Shown piece by piece: positions 51,701-61,351 of a stretch of DNA of 64,000 nt. Source of the stretch: Terriglobales bacterium (lineage in GTDB: Bacteria > Acidobacteriota > Terriglobia > Terriglobales > Acidobacteriaceae). The first letter of the stretch is position 1, and every line of letters begins with the position of its first letter. The stretch is taken from the NCBI GenBank assembly GCA_035542575.1, contig DATKLE010000057.1, positions 1,627 through 65,626 on the forward strand, read 5' to 3'. The translations under genes were made by a program, and so were the position numbers. The notes under the pieces were generated by a model, which saw nothing but the letters and a program-made list of their open reading frames with translations, searched no databases and was not told the DNA's origin.

Positions 51701-51721
51701 AACCCGGAACTGGAAGGATAG
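48713..51721 (+). CDS. actB: Alternative complex III subunit ActB (molybdopterin-oxidoreductase-like plus 4Fe-4S ferredoxin domains)
   Basis: Tat signal SRRGFLKLMGASLALAG. The C-terminal Fe-S cluster motifs are CVGCNNCIIAC, CMQCENAPCEVVCP, CVGTRYCSNNCP and CTYC. Confidence 0.92.
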   Translation: MNYEKPKREDVCAGKKLDLDTVRERIAETRGPEFWRSLEELAGSAEFQEMMHREFPKGASEWLNGASRRGFLKLMGASLALAGMTACTKQPLEPIVPYVRQPEELVPGRPLFYATAFTLGGYASPVLVESNMYRPTKIEGNEQHPASLGGTDIFAQASLLELYDPDRSQTITHLGNVRTWSNLLEAIRGPLSIQKGLQGAGIRILTQTISSPTLADQLRNLLKIYPQAKWHVYEPVNRDNVYEGAKLAFGQPMETRYDFSKADVILSLDADFLSAGFPGSTRYIRDFAARRGPDGNINRLYVVESGMSATGAKADHRAPMSARGIADFADSLSRVVHGDEHVVSGPTGPEGFYPALWKDLFAHQGSVIVIPGDHLPPLIHAAAHALNQTLGNVGKTVLYTDPLSANPVNQTESLKDLVADMRAGKVDMLVILGGNPAFEAPADFDFADALKNTNIPIRVHLGLYQNETAELCQWHVNEAHYLEAWGDARAYDGTVSIVQPLIAPLYGGKSANELVAALSGQTSASGHDIVQAYWQGQHAGADFEQFWRKSLHDGWVEGTTFQPKQLALKANQFPGSSAPNQNAVEINLRPDPSIYDGRFANNGWLQEVPKPMSKMTWDNPVLISPTMADRLQLKSEDVVELELNGKKITAPVWVQAGHPDNAVTAYLGYGRRRAGRVGTGAGFDMYPLRYSATPWSASGVVIRKTGDTYKLATTQGYQTMDTPVGARPLVRTASLEEYKKEPKFAQEEQPPHELTLYFDYPYKNEAYAWGMAIDLNRCVGCNNCIIACQSENNIAVVGKEQVVLGRHMHWLRVDAYYQGDRANPRAYFQPVPCMQCENAPCEVVCPVGATVHSSEGLNDMVYNRCVGTRYCSNNCPYKVRRFNFLLFQDWTTPQFKMMRNPNVSVRSRGVMEKCTYCVQRINAHRIDAEREDRKIRDGEIQTACQQSCPADAIVFGNINDPDSRVSKLKAEARNYSLLADLNTRPRTTYLAEIRNPNPELEG

Positions 51722-51740
51722 GCAGAGCGCAAGCAACTTC

Positions 51741-53117
51741 ATGGACGAACGCAGCGAACAGCTGGTAGCGGGCGGCAAGCAGGCTCCGGTCATTGAGCCC
51801 GGTTACACCTTCGGCTCGGTCACGGACAAGATCAGCTCCATTGTGCTGACGCGCCCGACCTCGACGGGGTGGTTCGTGGGCTTCGGGGTGTTTTTCCTGC
51901 TCACCATGATGATGCTCTATGCCATCGGCTACCTGTTTGTCCGCGGCATCGGCATCTGGGGGGTGAACATCCCCATCGGCTGGGGATTTGCCATCGTCAA
52001 CTTCGTGTGGTGGATCGGCATCGGGCATGCCGGGACGCTGATCTCCGCCATCCTGCTCTTGTTACGCCAGTCGTGGCGCAACTCCATCAACCGTTTCGCC
52101 GAAGCGATGACGCTGTTTGCGGTGGCCAGCGCGGGCATTTTCCCACTGATTCACGTCGGCCGCCCGTGGCTCGCCTACTGGCTCTTCCCATATCCGAACA
52201 CCATGGGGGTGTGGCCGCAATTCCGCAGCCCGCTGGTGTGGGACGTTTTCGCGGTCTCCACCTATTTCACTATTTCGCTGGTGTTCTGGTTCATCGGATT
52301 GATTCCCGACCTGGCGACGTTGCGCGATCGCTCGGAGAATCGTGTGGCGCGGTTCATCTACGGCATGCTGGCCATGGGCTGGCGGGGTTCGGCGCGCCAC
52401 TGGTTTCGCTACGAGACAGCGTATCTGCTGCTTGCGGGACTGGCCACGCCGCTGGTGCTCTCGGTGCACACTGTCGTTAGCTTCGACTTCGCTATCGGCA
52501 TCGTCCCCGGATGGCACACCACCATCTTTCCCCCCTATTTTGTGGCGGGAGCGATTTATTCCGGCTTCGCCATGGTGCTCATGCTAGCCATCCCCATCCG
52601 CAAGATTTATGGGCTACAGGACTTCATCACCGAGCGCCATCTGGAGAATTCGGCGAAGGTCATGCTGGCGACGGGTTTGATCGTAGGCTACGGGTACATC
52701 ATTGAAGCCTTCATGGGGTGGTACAGCGGAAATCGCTATGACGCCTTCACCCTGTGGAACCGTCTGCACGGCCCCTATGCGTTTTTCTACTTCATGCTGC
52801 TGGCGTGCAACCTGGTGATTCCGCAGCTGCTGTGGATTCGGAAGCTGCGCACCAGCCCGGCCTGGCTATTCGTGGTGTCGGGTGTGATTCTGACGGGCAT
52901 GTGGCTGGAGCGCTTCATCATCGTGGTGGTCAGCCTGCACCGCGACTTCCTCAACTCGTCGTGGGGCATGTACTACCCCACGCGCTGGGACTGGATGACC
53001 TACGTCGGGACCATCGGCATGTTCCTGGCGGCCATCTTCCTGTTCGTGCGCATCCTGCCCATGATCTCGATCTTCGAGATGCGCACGCTGCTGCCGGAAG
53101 CGGAGGTCAAAGAATGA
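51741..53117 (+). CDS. actC: Alternative complex III subunit ActC (NrfD/PsrC-like quinol-binding membrane subunit)
   Basis: Polytopic membrane protein with the NrfD-like pattern, positioned directly after actB. Confidence 0.9.
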   Translation: MDERSEQLVAGGKQAPVIEPGYTFGSVTDKISSIVLTRPTSTGWFVGFGVFFLLTMMMLYAIGYLFVRGIGIWGVNIPIGWGFAIVNFVWWIGIGHAGTLISAILLLLRQSWRNSINRFAEAMTLFAVASAGIFPLIHVGRPWLAYWLFPYPNTMGVWPQFRSPLVWDVFAVSTYFTISLVFWFIGLIPDLATLRDRSENRVARFIYGMLAMGWRGSARHWFRYETAYLLLAGLATPLVLSVHTVVSFDFAIGIVPGWHTTIFPPYFVAGAIYSGFAMVLMLAIPIRKIYGLQDFITERHLENSAKVMLATGLIVGYGYIIEAFMGWYSGNRYDAFTLWNRLHGPYAFFYFMLLACNLVIPQLLWIRKLRTSPAWLFVVSGVILTGMWLERFIIVVVSLHRDFLNSSWGMYYPTRWDWMTYVGTIGMFLAAIFLFVRILPMISIFEMRTLLPEAEVKE

Positions 53118-53650
53118 AGCGCCCTCCCATCTACGGCATGATGGCGGAATTCGATTCTGCCACAGCCCTGGTCGCAGCCGCTCATCAGACGCACGAAGCG
53201 GGCTACCAGAAGATCGACGCCTACAGCCCGTTCCCGGTGGAGGGCCTGGCGGAAGCCATCGGGTTCCACAAGAATGCGGTGCCGTTGGTAGTGCTGGTTG
53301 GCGGACTGATCGGGGGACTGTCCGGATACCTCATGCAGTACTGGATCTCGGCCATCAGCTATCCCATCAACGTGGGCGGCAAGCCCTATCACTCCTGGCC
53401 GGCATTCATTGTGGTGACGTTCGAGATGACGATCCTGTTCGCGGGATTGGCGGCGGTCTTCGGCATGCTGGCGCTGAACGGCTTGCCCATGCCTTATCAC
53501 CCGGTGTTCAATGTGCCGCGCTTCGCCTTTGCCACTAAGGACCGGTTCTTCCTGATTGTGTTCTCTTCCGATGCCAAATATGACAGTGTGCGGACCCGGC
53601 AATTTCTCGAGGGTCTGACTCCGAAGTCTATTTCGGAGGTGCCCAGCTAG
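53114..53650 (+). CDS. actD: Alternative complex III subunit ActD (DUF3341 membrane protein)
   Basis: The ATG at 53114 overlaps the actC stop (ATGA) and follows GGAGGT. The N-terminus is [23 protein letters not shown]...YSPFPVEGL. Confidence 0.85.
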   Translation: MKRPPIYGMMAEFDSATALVAAAHQTHEAGYQKIDAYSPFPVEGLAEAIGFHKNAVPLVVLVGGLIGGLSGYLMQYWISAISYPINVGGKPYHSWPAFIVVTFEMTILFAGLAAVFGMLALNGLPMPYHPVFNVPRFAFATKDRFFLIVFSSDAKYDSVRTRQFLEGLTPKSISEVPS

Positions 53651-53654
53651 AGCC

Positions 53655-54311
53655 ATGGGGAGCCTGAGGAAAATATCGCGGGTGGGCGCGCTGACGCTAT
53701 TGCTCGCCGGCTGCCGCCAGGATATGCACGACCAGCCGCGCTTCAAGCCGCTGGCAGAGAGCGATTTCTACAGCGATCTGCGTTCGGCCCGGCCGCCGGT
53801 GGAGGGAACGGTGGCCCGCGGGCAGTTGCACGCCGACACCTATTTCTACACCGGGAAAGTCGGCAACAATCCCGGCGACTTCATGCCGTTTCCGGTGACC
53901 GAGGAAGTACTGGCGCGGGGGCGCGAGCGCTTCAACATCTACTGCGCTCCTTGTCACTCGAGGTTGGGCGATGGCAACGGGATGGTGCCGTCGCGCGGAT
54001 TTCCCCGCAAGCCGCCTTCGTATCACATCGAGCGGCTGCGCAAGGCCCCGCTGGGCTATTTCTACGACGTGATCAGTAACGGCTTCGGCATCATGCCTGA
54101 CTATGCCTCGCAGATTCCGCCGCGCGACCGCTGGTGCATCATCGCGTACATCCGCGCCCTGCAGCTGAGCCAGGACGCGACCATGGCGGAGGTGCCGGCG
54201 GAGCAGAAGGTTCCGTCTGCGCCGCCCCAGTTCGAGCAACCCGGATCAGGAGCGACTTTGCCGGTCGTGCAACCTGTACCCGCGAAGGCAGCGCCCGAGG
54301 AGCCCAAATGA
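53655..54311 (+). CDS. actE: Alternative complex III subunit ActE (monoheme cytochrome c lipoprotein)
   Basis: Lipobox LLLAGC and a single CAPCH haem motif. Confidence 0.85.
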   Translation: MGSLRKISRVGALTLLLAGCRQDMHDQPRFKPLAESDFYSDLRSARPPVEGTVARGQLHADTYFYTGKVGNNPGDFMPFPVTEEVLARGRERFNIYCAPCHSRLGDGNGMVPSRGFPRKPPSYHIERLRKAPLGYFYDVISNGFGIMPDYASQIPPRDRWCIIAYIRALQLSQDATMAEVPAEQKVPSAPPQFEQPGSGATLPVVQPVPAKAAPEEPK

Positions 54312-55516
54312 GCATGGCGCACATGCGGAACCCGGATTTGATGGCGCCGCCGGTGGTCAGGACCATCGGGCAACGCTCGCTGATTGTGGGCGCAATCTTC
54401 AGCATCATCGCCATCGCCGGGGCGTTTGCACAGCCGACCGTGTTCTTCCGCGGCTACCTGCTCAGCTTCATGGCCTGGCTGGGAGTAGCGCTCGGGTCCA
54501 TGGCCGTTCTCATGCTGCGCCACATGACCGGAGGCGGCTGGGGCATGGTCATCCGCCGCACCATGGGCGCTGCCATGCGCACCCTGCCGCTTATGGCCCT
54601 GTTGTTTGTTCCCATCCTGTTCGCGCTTCCCAGACTCTATCCTTGGGCGCGCCCCCTGGACTCGATTACGGACGCACATCTGCGTGAGCACCTGAAGGAG
54701 ATCACCAAGTCTTATCTCTCGGTGAATGGGTTCATCGTGCGCGCCGTCATCTACTTTGCCATCTGGAATACCCTGTCGTTCCTTTTGACGAAATGGTCGC
54801 GAGAGCAGGACCAGCCTCCTGCCCGTGACCACAGCAAACGCTTCCGCGCGCTCAGCGGACCCGGTCTGATCCTGTATGGTTTCACCATCTCTTTTGCCGC
54901 GATTGACTGGGTCATGTCTCTCGATCCCAGCTGGATGTCAACCATCTACGGACTGCTGGTGCTGGCCGGAGAAGTTTTGTCGGCGATCTGCTTCGCGGTT
55001 GTGATTGAGCGGATTCTGGTCCGCTACCGGCCGATGTCGGAGATGTTGAAACCCGATCATGTGCACGACCACGGCAAGCTGATGCTCACTTTCATCATGG
55101 TGTGGGCTTACTTTGGTTTTTCGCAGTGGCTCATCATCTGGGCAGGGAATCTGCCCGAAGAGATCACTTGGTACATGCGGCGGCTGAACGGCGGCTGGGG
55201 GGCCATCGGACTGTTCCTGGTTGTTTTCCATTTTGCGGTCCCCTTTGTCTTGTTGTTATCGCGGCCATTTAAGCGCGACGTGACCCGGCTGGTCTGGCTG
55301 GCGATCTGGCTGATGCTGATGCGCTACCTGGACCTTTTCTGGAACATCGAACCGAACTTCTCTGCAACTTTGACGGTGACCTGGGCAGACGTGGTCGTCC
55401 CCGTCGCCATGGGCGGTCTGTGGCTGGCATATTTTTTCAGGAACCTTGGCTCCATGCCGTTGTTGCCCGCCTATGACCCGGATGCGAAAGAAATCCTGGA
55501 ACCGGTCCATGAGTGA
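54308..55516 (+). CDS. actF: Alternative complex III subunit ActF (second NrfD-like membrane subunit)
   Basis: The ATG at 54308 overlaps the actE stop (ATGA). It is a polytopic membrane protein. The track ORF start at 54134 overlaps actE and is unlikely. Confidence 0.85.
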   Translation: MSMAHMRNPDLMAPPVVRTIGQRSLIVGAIFSIIAIAGAFAQPTVFFRGYLLSFMAWLGVALGSMAVLMLRHMTGGGWGMVIRRTMGAAMRTLPLMALLFVPILFALPRLYPWARPLDSITDAHLREHLKEITKSYLSVNGFIVRAVIYFAIWNTLSFLLTKWSREQDQPPARDHSKRFRALSGPGLILYGFTISFAAIDWVMSLDPSWMSTIYGLLVLAGEVLSAICFAVVIERILVRYRPMSEMLKPDHVHDHGKLMLTFIMVWAYFGFSQWLIIWAGNLPEEITWYMRRLNGGWGAIGLFLVVFHFAVPFVLLLSRPFKRDVTRLVWLAIWLMLMRYLDLFWNIEPNFSATLTVTWADVVVPVAMGGLWLAYFFRNLGSMPLLPAYDPDAKEILEPVHE

Positions 55517-56024
55517 AGAGACGAACAAACACGCGGCCAGCGGCAACCACGGCGACTTCGAACGCTCGGATTTGAGTGCCCGCGCGGTGTACAGCTTTCT
55601 GGTGGGGCTGGCCATCGTCACGGTGGTGATCTATTTCATCCTGCGGGGAATGTACAGCTACCTGGATGCCTATGAACGGTCTCACCAGCCAGCGCAGAAT
55701 CCCCTGGTGCAGAGGATCGAGGCGGACACCCGCAAAGTGAGTCGGGAAGAGACCGAGAGGTTCCCCCAGCCGCGTTTGGAGACCAACGAGCGCCACCAGT
55801 TGAACGATGTCCTCCTGAATGAAGAAGAGACTTTGAACAGCTACGGGTGGGTGGACCAGAAGACAGGAGTGGTGCATATCCCCATCCAGCGCGCCATGGA
55901 ACTGGTGGCCCAACGCGGCCTGCCGGTGCGCCCGCAAGAGGGGGTCTCGCCGGCCGCCGCGGGAAGCAAAGCGCAGCGGAACCAGAAACCCGAACGCGGC
56001 AAAATGCCGGCAGGACAGCACTAG
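55509..56024 (+). CDS. Single-TM protein of unknown function coupled to actF
   Basis: The ATG at 55509 overlaps the actF 3' end by 8 nt. There is one TM helix (AVYSFLVGLAIVTVVIYFIL) and a charged C-terminal domain. Confidence 0.65.
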   Translation: MSEETNKHAASGNHGDFERSDLSARAVYSFLVGLAIVTVVIYFILRGMYSYLDAYERSHQPAQNPLVQRIEADTRKVSREETERFPQPRLETNERHQLNDVLLNEEETLNSYGWVDQKTGVVHIPIQRAMELVAQRGLPVRPQEGVSPAAAGSKAQRNQKPERGKMPAGQH

Positions 56025-56100
56025 GCGCGAAATCAGTGACGCCCAATAACGGGAGGCCACAGGGCAGTAATCGCCAAGAGACCTCCAAGGGGACAAAGCA

Positions 56101-56967
56101 GTGAGTGGTTCAACGAAGTGGAAAAAGTCGAGTTCGATCTTGCCAGCCGTCGTCCTCTGCCTTGCGGTCTCGGCTTGGGGACAAGCCATGTCCCAGGGGA
56201 TACTTTCCCCTCCTGCCAATATGCGCCCGCCGGGGCTGAAGGATGTGGGCATCGAGCAGAACCTGAATGAGCAGATTCCGCCCGACCTGGTTTTCCGCGA
56301 CGAGACGGGGAAGGCAGTCCGGTTGGGTGATTACTTCGGCCGCAAGCCGATGATCCTCAACCTGGTCTATTACCGGTGCCCCATGCTGTGCGGCGAGGTC
56401 CTCAGCGGTCTGGCCAGCGCGCTGCGCGTGCTCAAGTTCGATGTAGGCAATCAGTTTGACGTTCTCACCGTCAGCTTCGACCCGCACGAGACCCCGGAGA
56501 TAGCGGCTGCCAAGAAGGCGGAGTACCTGAAGCGCTACGGACGCGCGGGAGCGGCCGGGGGCTGGCACTTCCTGACGGGGCCGCCGGAGTCCATTGCCGC
56601 GCTTACCAAGGCTGCCGGATTCCAGTACCACTACGATTCCAGCAGCGGCCAGTTTGCCCACGCCACCGCGATCATGATCCTCACCCCGGCGGGCAAGATC
56701 TCGCAGTACTACTACGGGGTCGAGTATGCGCCGAAGGATTTGCGCCTGGGTTTGATCCAGGCCTCCGGCGAAAAAATCGGCAATCTTGTGGACGAGGTCC
56801 TGCTGTACTGCTATCACTACGATCCGGCGACTGGGAAGTACGGTGCCGTGATCACCCGCATCCTGCGTTTGGCGGGCCTCGCCACTATGCTGGGGATCGG
56901 GCTTCTGATTGCGATCATGTCACGTCAACGATCGGTGCGGAATCGTCCGGCAGAACGAGTTACCTAG
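56101..56967 (+). CDS. sco: SCO1/SenC family copper chaperone
   Basis: Thioredoxin-fold copper motif CPMLCGE, an N-terminal signal/anchor, and a downstream His in the FAHATAI context. Confidence 0.85.
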   Translation: MSGSTKWKKSSSILPAVVLCLAVSAWGQAMSQGILSPPANMRPPGLKDVGIEQNLNEQIPPDLVFRDETGKAVRLGDYFGRKPMILNLVYYRCPMLCGEVLSGLASALRVLKFDVGNQFDVLTVSFDPHETPEIAAAKKAEYLKRYGRAGAAGGWHFLTGPPESIAALTKAAGFQYHYDSSSGQFAHATAIMILTPAGKISQYYYGVEYAPKDLRLGLIQASGEKIGNLVDEVLLYCYHYDPATGKYGAVITRILRLAGLATMLGIGLLIAIMSRQRSVRNRPAERVT

Positions 56968-56969
56968 CT

Positions 56970-57965
56970 ATGTTTCAGAACTTTCCACTGTGGCCCATAA
57001 GCGCCTCGACGATGTCGGGCAGAGTCGACGCGCTGTTCATTTTTCTGCTGGTCGTGTGCGGGTTCATGACCATTGCCATCTTTGTCCTGATCCTGTTCTT
57101 TGCCGCCCGTTACCGCCGCCGGCCCGGGTTCGAGGCCGAGCAGATTGAAGGCTCCAACGCTTTGGAACTGACCTGGTCCATCGTCCCGCTCGCGATCTTC
57201 ATGGTGATCTTCACATGGGGCGCAGTGATTTACTTTCAGGGACGCACTCCCCCGCAAGGCGCAGACGAGATCTATGTAGTGGCCAAGCAGTGGATGTGGA
57301 AGCTGCAGCATGAAGGCGGGCAGCGCGAAATCAACGAACTGCACGTGCCGGTTGGGCGCGACATCAAGATGATCATGACCTCTCAGGACGTGATCCACAG
57401 CTTCTACGTCCCCGCCTTCCGCATCAAGCAGGACGTGCTTCCCGGCCGCTACACCACGGCTTGGTTTCACGCCACCAGAGCGGGCACCTATCACCTGTTT
57501 TGCGCCGAGTATTGCGGCACACAGCACTCCGGAATGATCGGGCAGGTCGTGGTCATGGAACCGGCGCAGTACGAAGCCTGGCTGGCGGGCGGGACCTCCG
57601 GAGCGCCGCTGGCGGTCACCGGACAAAAGCTCTTCGCGGAGCTGGGCTGCTCCACCTGCCACCGCTCCGATGCCCAGGGCCGCGGGCCCGATCTCGATGG
57701 GGTTTTTGGCAAACCGGTGTTGCTCGAGGACGGCCGCACCGTGACCGTGGACGAGGACTATGTCCGGGAATCGATTCTGAGCCCGGCGGCCAAGGTGGTG
57801 AAGGGATTCAAACCGATCATGCCGACCTTCCAGGGCATAGTCAGCGAAGAGCAAGTCAACGCGCTGGTCGCCTACGTCAAGTCGCTGGCCCAGCCACCAC
57901 CCGGACAGGCGACCAGGAGCGCGAACCTGGCCGCCCCGCAAACCCATACGGAACAGGTGCACTAA
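56970..57965 (+). CDS. coxB: Cytochrome c oxidase subunit II with a fused C-terminal cytochrome c domain (caa3-type)
   Basis: Two N-terminal TM helices, the CuA motif HSFYVP...[12 protein letters not shown], and a C-terminal CSTCH. Confidence 0.92.
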   Translation: MFQNFPLWPISASTMSGRVDALFIFLLVVCGFMTIAIFVLILFFAARYRRRPGFEAEQIEGSNALELTWSIVPLAIFMVIFTWGAVIYFQGRTPPQGADEIYVVAKQWMWKLQHEGGQREINELHVPVGRDIKMIMTSQDVIHSFYVPAFRIKQDVLPGRYTTAWFHATRAGTYHLFCAEYCGTQHSGMIGQVVVMEPAQYEAWLAGGTSGAPLAVTGQKLFAELGCSTCHRSDAQGRGPDLDGVFGKPVLLEDGRTVTVDEDYVRESILSPAAKVVKGFKPIMPTFQGIVSEEQVNALVAYVKSLAQPPPGQATRSANLAAPQTHTEQVH

Positions 57966-57967
57966 CC

Positions 57968-59605
57968 ATGGCTACCGCAGCATTCCCGGCCAGCGAACGC
58001 GAGCACTATCTGAATAAAGATTACGGTATCCGCTCGTGGCTGCTCACCACTGACCACAAGCGCATCGCGCTGCTGTATCTCCTTTCGATCACCTTCTTCT
58101 TCTTTATCGGGGGCTTCTTCGCTCTGCTGATAAGGCTTGAATTATTGACCCCGGCGGGCGACCTGGTGCAGGCCGACACCTACAACAAGCTCTTCACCAT
58201 GCACGGGCAGGTAATGATTTTCTTCTTTCTGATCCCTTCCATTCCCGCCGTGCTGGGAAACTTCCTGGTGCCACTGATGATCGGCGCCAAAGACCTGGCC
58301 TTCCCGCGGATCAACCTGCTGAGCTGGTACCTCTACATTATCGCCGGGGTCATGATGCTGCACGCCATGCTGACGGGGGGCGTGGACACCGGTTGGACGT
58401 TTTACACGCCTTTCAGCACCGCTTTCAGCAACACCCGGGTGATCGAGGCTGGACTTTCCATCTTTGTGGCCGGATTTTCTTCCATCCTCACGGGACTCAA
58501 CTTTGTGGTGACCATCCATCGCATGCGCGCGCCGGGAATGACCTGGTCACGCTTGCCGCTGTTCATCTGGGCACTCTATGCCACCAGCATCATTCAGTTG
58601 CTGGGCACGCCGGTGCTGGCCATCACCCTGGTGCTGGTGGTGCTGGAGCGCGCCTTCCACTTCGGGATCTTCGACCCGACGCAGGGGGGCGATCCGTTGC
58701 TGTTCCAGCACCTGTTCTGGTTCTACTCCCATCCCGCGGTTTACATCATGATCCTGCCCTCCATGGGGGTGGTGACCGAGATCATTGCCTGCTTCTCGCG
58801 CAAACGCATCTTTGGCTATAAGTTCGTCGCCCTGGCCAGCATCGGGATCGCAGTGCTGGGATTCCTGGTCTGGGCGCACCACATGTTCGTGGCGGGAATC
58901 TCACTCTACTCGGCGTTGATCTTCTCCATCCTGAGCTACCTGGTCGCGGTGCCCTCGGCGATCAAAGTCTTCAACTGGACTGCGACCATGTACAAGGGCT
59001 CCATCTCGTTCTCCACTCCCATGCTGTACGCGTTCGGCTTCATCGGCCTGTTCACGATGGGGGGAATGACGGGGCTGTTCCTGGCGTGCCTGGGAGTGGA
59101 TGTGCACGTGACCGACACCTATTTTGTGGTGGCCCACTTCCACTACATCATGGTGGGCAGCGCGGTCATGGGTTACCTGGGGGGCATGCATTTCTGGTGG
59201 CCCAAGATTTCCGGCCGCATGTACCCGGAGGGCTGGGGCAGGCTGGCCGCTCTGACCGTCTTTATCGGCTTCAATCTGACGTTCTTCCCGCAATTCATTC
59301 TGGGTTACATGGGCATGCCGCGGCGTTACTGGCAGTATCCGCCGGAGTTCCAGATTCTGAATGTGCTGTCCACCGCGGGCTCGACCATACTGGCCGTCGG
59401 CTACGTCCTGCCCATGGTCTACTTCCTGTGGTCCATGCGCTATGGCAAGCATGCCACCGACAACCCCTGGGGAGCTGCGGGTCTGGAGTGGAAAACGGCT
59501 TCGCCGCCTCCCACCTTCAACTTTGACGAGCCCCCGCAGGTCAGCTGGGAAGCCTACGACTACGAGCACATCCCCGCTCCCGAGGAGGTCCCCGTTGCAC
59601 GATAG
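57968..59605 (+). CDS. coxA: Cytochrome c oxidase subunit I
   Basis: The ATG at 57968 is 2 nt after the coxB stop. Haem-copper oxidase signatures are present ([30 protein letters not shown]). Confidence 0.95.
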   Translation: MATAAFPASEREHYLNKDYGIRSWLLTTDHKRIALLYLLSITFFFFIGGFFALLIRLELLTPAGDLVQADTYNKLFTMHGQVMIFFFLIPSIPAVLGNFLVPLMIGAKDLAFPRINLLSWYLYIIAGVMMLHAMLTGGVDTGWTFYTPFSTAFSNTRVIEAGLSIFVAGFSSILTGLNFVVTIHRMRAPGMTWSRLPLFIWALYATSIIQLLGTPVLAITLVLVVLERAFHFGIFDPTQGGDPLLFQHLFWFYSHPAVYIMILPSMGVVTEIIACFSRKRIFGYKFVALASIGIAVLGFLVWAHHMFVAGISLYSALIFSILSYLVAVPSAIKVFNWTATMYKGSISFSTPMLYAFGFIGLFTMGGMTGLFLACLGVDVHVTDTYFVVAHFHYIMVGSAVMGYLGGMHFWWPKISGRMYPEGWGRLAALTVFIGFNLTFFPQFILGYMGMPRRYWQYPPEFQILNVLSTAGSTILAVGYVLPMVYFLWSMRYGKHATDNPWGAAGLEWKTASPPPTFNFDEPPQVSWEAYDYEHIPAPEEVPVAR

Positions 59606-60296
59606 CTCAGCCGCGGTCGAAACCCACAGCCCCGCCCTGCGGCATCACTTCGCCGACATGGAGCAGCAGCGCGACGCGGCCTCGCTGGGCATGTGGCTGT
59701 TCCTGTCCACGGAGATCATGTTCTTCGGCGGCTTGTTCTGCGCTTATCTGATCTACCGCTATCTGCACTTCAATGACTTTGCGGCCGCCAGCCAAACCCT
59801 GGATATACGCCTGGGCGCAATCAACACCGGCGTGCTCATCCTGAGCAGCCTCACAGTAGCCCTGGCAGTGCATGCTGCCCAGAAGGGGCAGCGCAAGCCG
59901 CTCGTCGGTTATCTGCTGGCCACGCTCGTGCTGGGTCTGGTGTTCCTGGGCATCAAGGGCGTGGAGTACGCCGACAAATTCGAGCACCACCACGTGCCTG
60001 GACCGTCCTTCCACTTCGAAAGCGTGCCGGTAAAGGGACACGCGGAGATGCCACCGGCGGAGTCGTCTCACGCCGAGCTGTTTTTCTCCCTGTATTTCGC
60101 CATGACGGGCATGCATGCGCTGCACATGATCATCGGCATCGGCCTGTTCAGCGTGCTGACCTTCTTCGCCTGGAAGGGGCGCTATACGCCTGAATACAAC
60201 ACTCCCATTGAGAATGCGGGATTGTACTGGCACTTCGTTGACATCATCTGGATCTATCTGTTTCCGCTGCTCTATTTGATTAGCCGCCACCACTGA
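59595..60296 (+). CDS. coxC: Cytochrome c oxidase subunit III
   Basis: HHF...[25 protein letters not shown] is the typical subunit III N-terminus. The TTG at 59595 follows the SD GAGGAGG and overlaps the coxA end by 11 nt. The ATG at 59658 would remove the conserved HHF. Confidence 0.8.
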   Translation: MHDSSAAVETHSPALRHHFADMEQQRDAASLGMWLFLSTEIMFFGGLFCAYLIYRYLHFNDFAAASQTLDIRLGAINTGVLILSSLTVALAVHAAQKGQRKPLVGYLLATLVLGLVFLGIKGVEYADKFEHHHVPGPSFHFESVPVKGHAEMPPAESSHAELFFSLYFAMTGMHALHMIIGIGLFSVLTFFAWKGRYTPEYNTPIENAGLYWHFVDIIWIYLFPLLYLISRHH

Positions 60297-60303
60297 GGAC
60301 GCC

Positions 60304-60591
60304 ATGTCGGAGCACATCGTTTCACGCAAGCTGTACGTTGCCATCGGAACCACCCTGCTGGTGCTCACCGCGACCACAGTGGGGATTGCCTTCATCAACC
60401 TCGGTCCGTTCAACACCATCGTCGCTCTGAGCATTGCGACCGCCAAAGCTCTGCTCGTCATCCTGTTTTTCATGCACGTCAAGTACACCAGCGAGAAGAT
60501 GACCAGGGTGGTCATCGTAGCGGCAGTCTTCTGGCTGCTCCTGTTGCTGGCTCTGAGCATGGCGGACTACGGTACGCGCCTCTGGCACTGA
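60304..60591 (+). CDS. coxD: Prokaryotic cytochrome c oxidase subunit IV family protein
   Basis: 95-aa protein with 3 TM helices and KALLVILFFMH, located right after coxC. Confidence 0.75.
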   Translation: MSEHIVSRKLYVAIGTTLLVLTATTVGIAFINLGPFNTIVALSIATAKALLVILFFMHVKYTSEKMTRVVIVAAVFWLLLLLALSMADYGTRLWH

Positions 60592-60673
60592 AACGCGGTA
60601 ACACCGACAGCGGTGGCCGACCTGCGTTATACTCCCTCGTCTGGGCGAACATCCGAACCAGCGTGAGGCGCGT

Positions 60674-61300
60674 ATGGCCTTTTGCAATTCCTGTGGCGCA
60701 ACTGTGGATCCTGCATCCAAGTTCTGTCCTAAGTGCGGAGCCGGCGTACCCGCGGCAGCGGTAGCCCCCTCCGCTCCTTCACCGGCCAAGAGCAGCAGTG
60801 GCCTCAAGGTTGTTCTTATCGTGGTGGGCGTTATTGTGGCCCTGGGTATCCTGGGGGCGGGCACAGCGGCCTTCATCGGCTGGCGCATCGCCAGCAGGAG
60901 CCACGTCGAACAAAAAAATGGCAACGTGCACGTGCAGACGCCCTTTGGCGCGGTGGAGAGCACCAACGATCCCAACGAGGCCGCGCGTAAGCTTGGAGTG
61001 GCGCTCTACCCGGGAGCCCGAGTGTTGAAGGGCAATGCCGCAGACGTGAGCTTTGGCGGAATGCATAGCGTGGCAGCTCAGTTTGAAACCGACGATCCGC
61101 CTGACAAGGTTGCTGAGTTCTACAAATCGCAGTTTCCGAATGCCAATGTCTCCGCCTCCGGCGAAGACCACTACGCCATCGTTTCCGCTGCCGACAAGAA
61201 TCTCATTACTATCAACATCAGGCCTCAGGACGGGAAAACCGTGATTCACATCGCCAATGTCAGCGGCAAGGGAGTGCCTACGAGCGGTTCCAGCGACTAG
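60674..61300 (+). CDS. Zinc-ribbon / single-TM anchored protein, unknown function
   Basis: MAFCNSCGATVDPASKFCPKCGA (CxxC-N9-CxxC), a Pro/Ala linker, a TM helix and a ~130-aa extracytoplasmic domain. Confidence 0.65.
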   Translation: MAFCNSCGATVDPASKFCPKCGAGVPAAAVAPSAPSPAKSSSGLKVVLIVVGVIVALGILGAGTAAFIGWRIASRSHVEQKNGNVHVQTPFGAVESTNDPNEAARKLGVALYPGARVLKGNAADVSFGGMHSVAAQFETDDPPDKVAEFYKSQFPNANVSASGEDHYAIVSAADKNLITINIRPQDGKTVIHIANVSGKGVPTSGSSD

Positions 61301-61351
61301 CCGACGCAACTCGGGGAAAGCCTGAGAACCGGGAACTGAGACCGACACCTG

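Noticed and set aside
57461-57967. Upstream extensions of track ORFs: coxA from 57461, actD from 52754, actF from 54134, the orf after actF from 55446, coxC from 59361, padR from 13179, the permease from 13613, efp from 25833, acylphosphatase from 26475, and the zinc-ribbon gene to 36987
   Set aside because: The extensions overlap the preceding, well-supported genes or non-coding-like sequence. Conserved N-termini, SD sequences and ATGA-type coupling support the internal starts used in the feature list.
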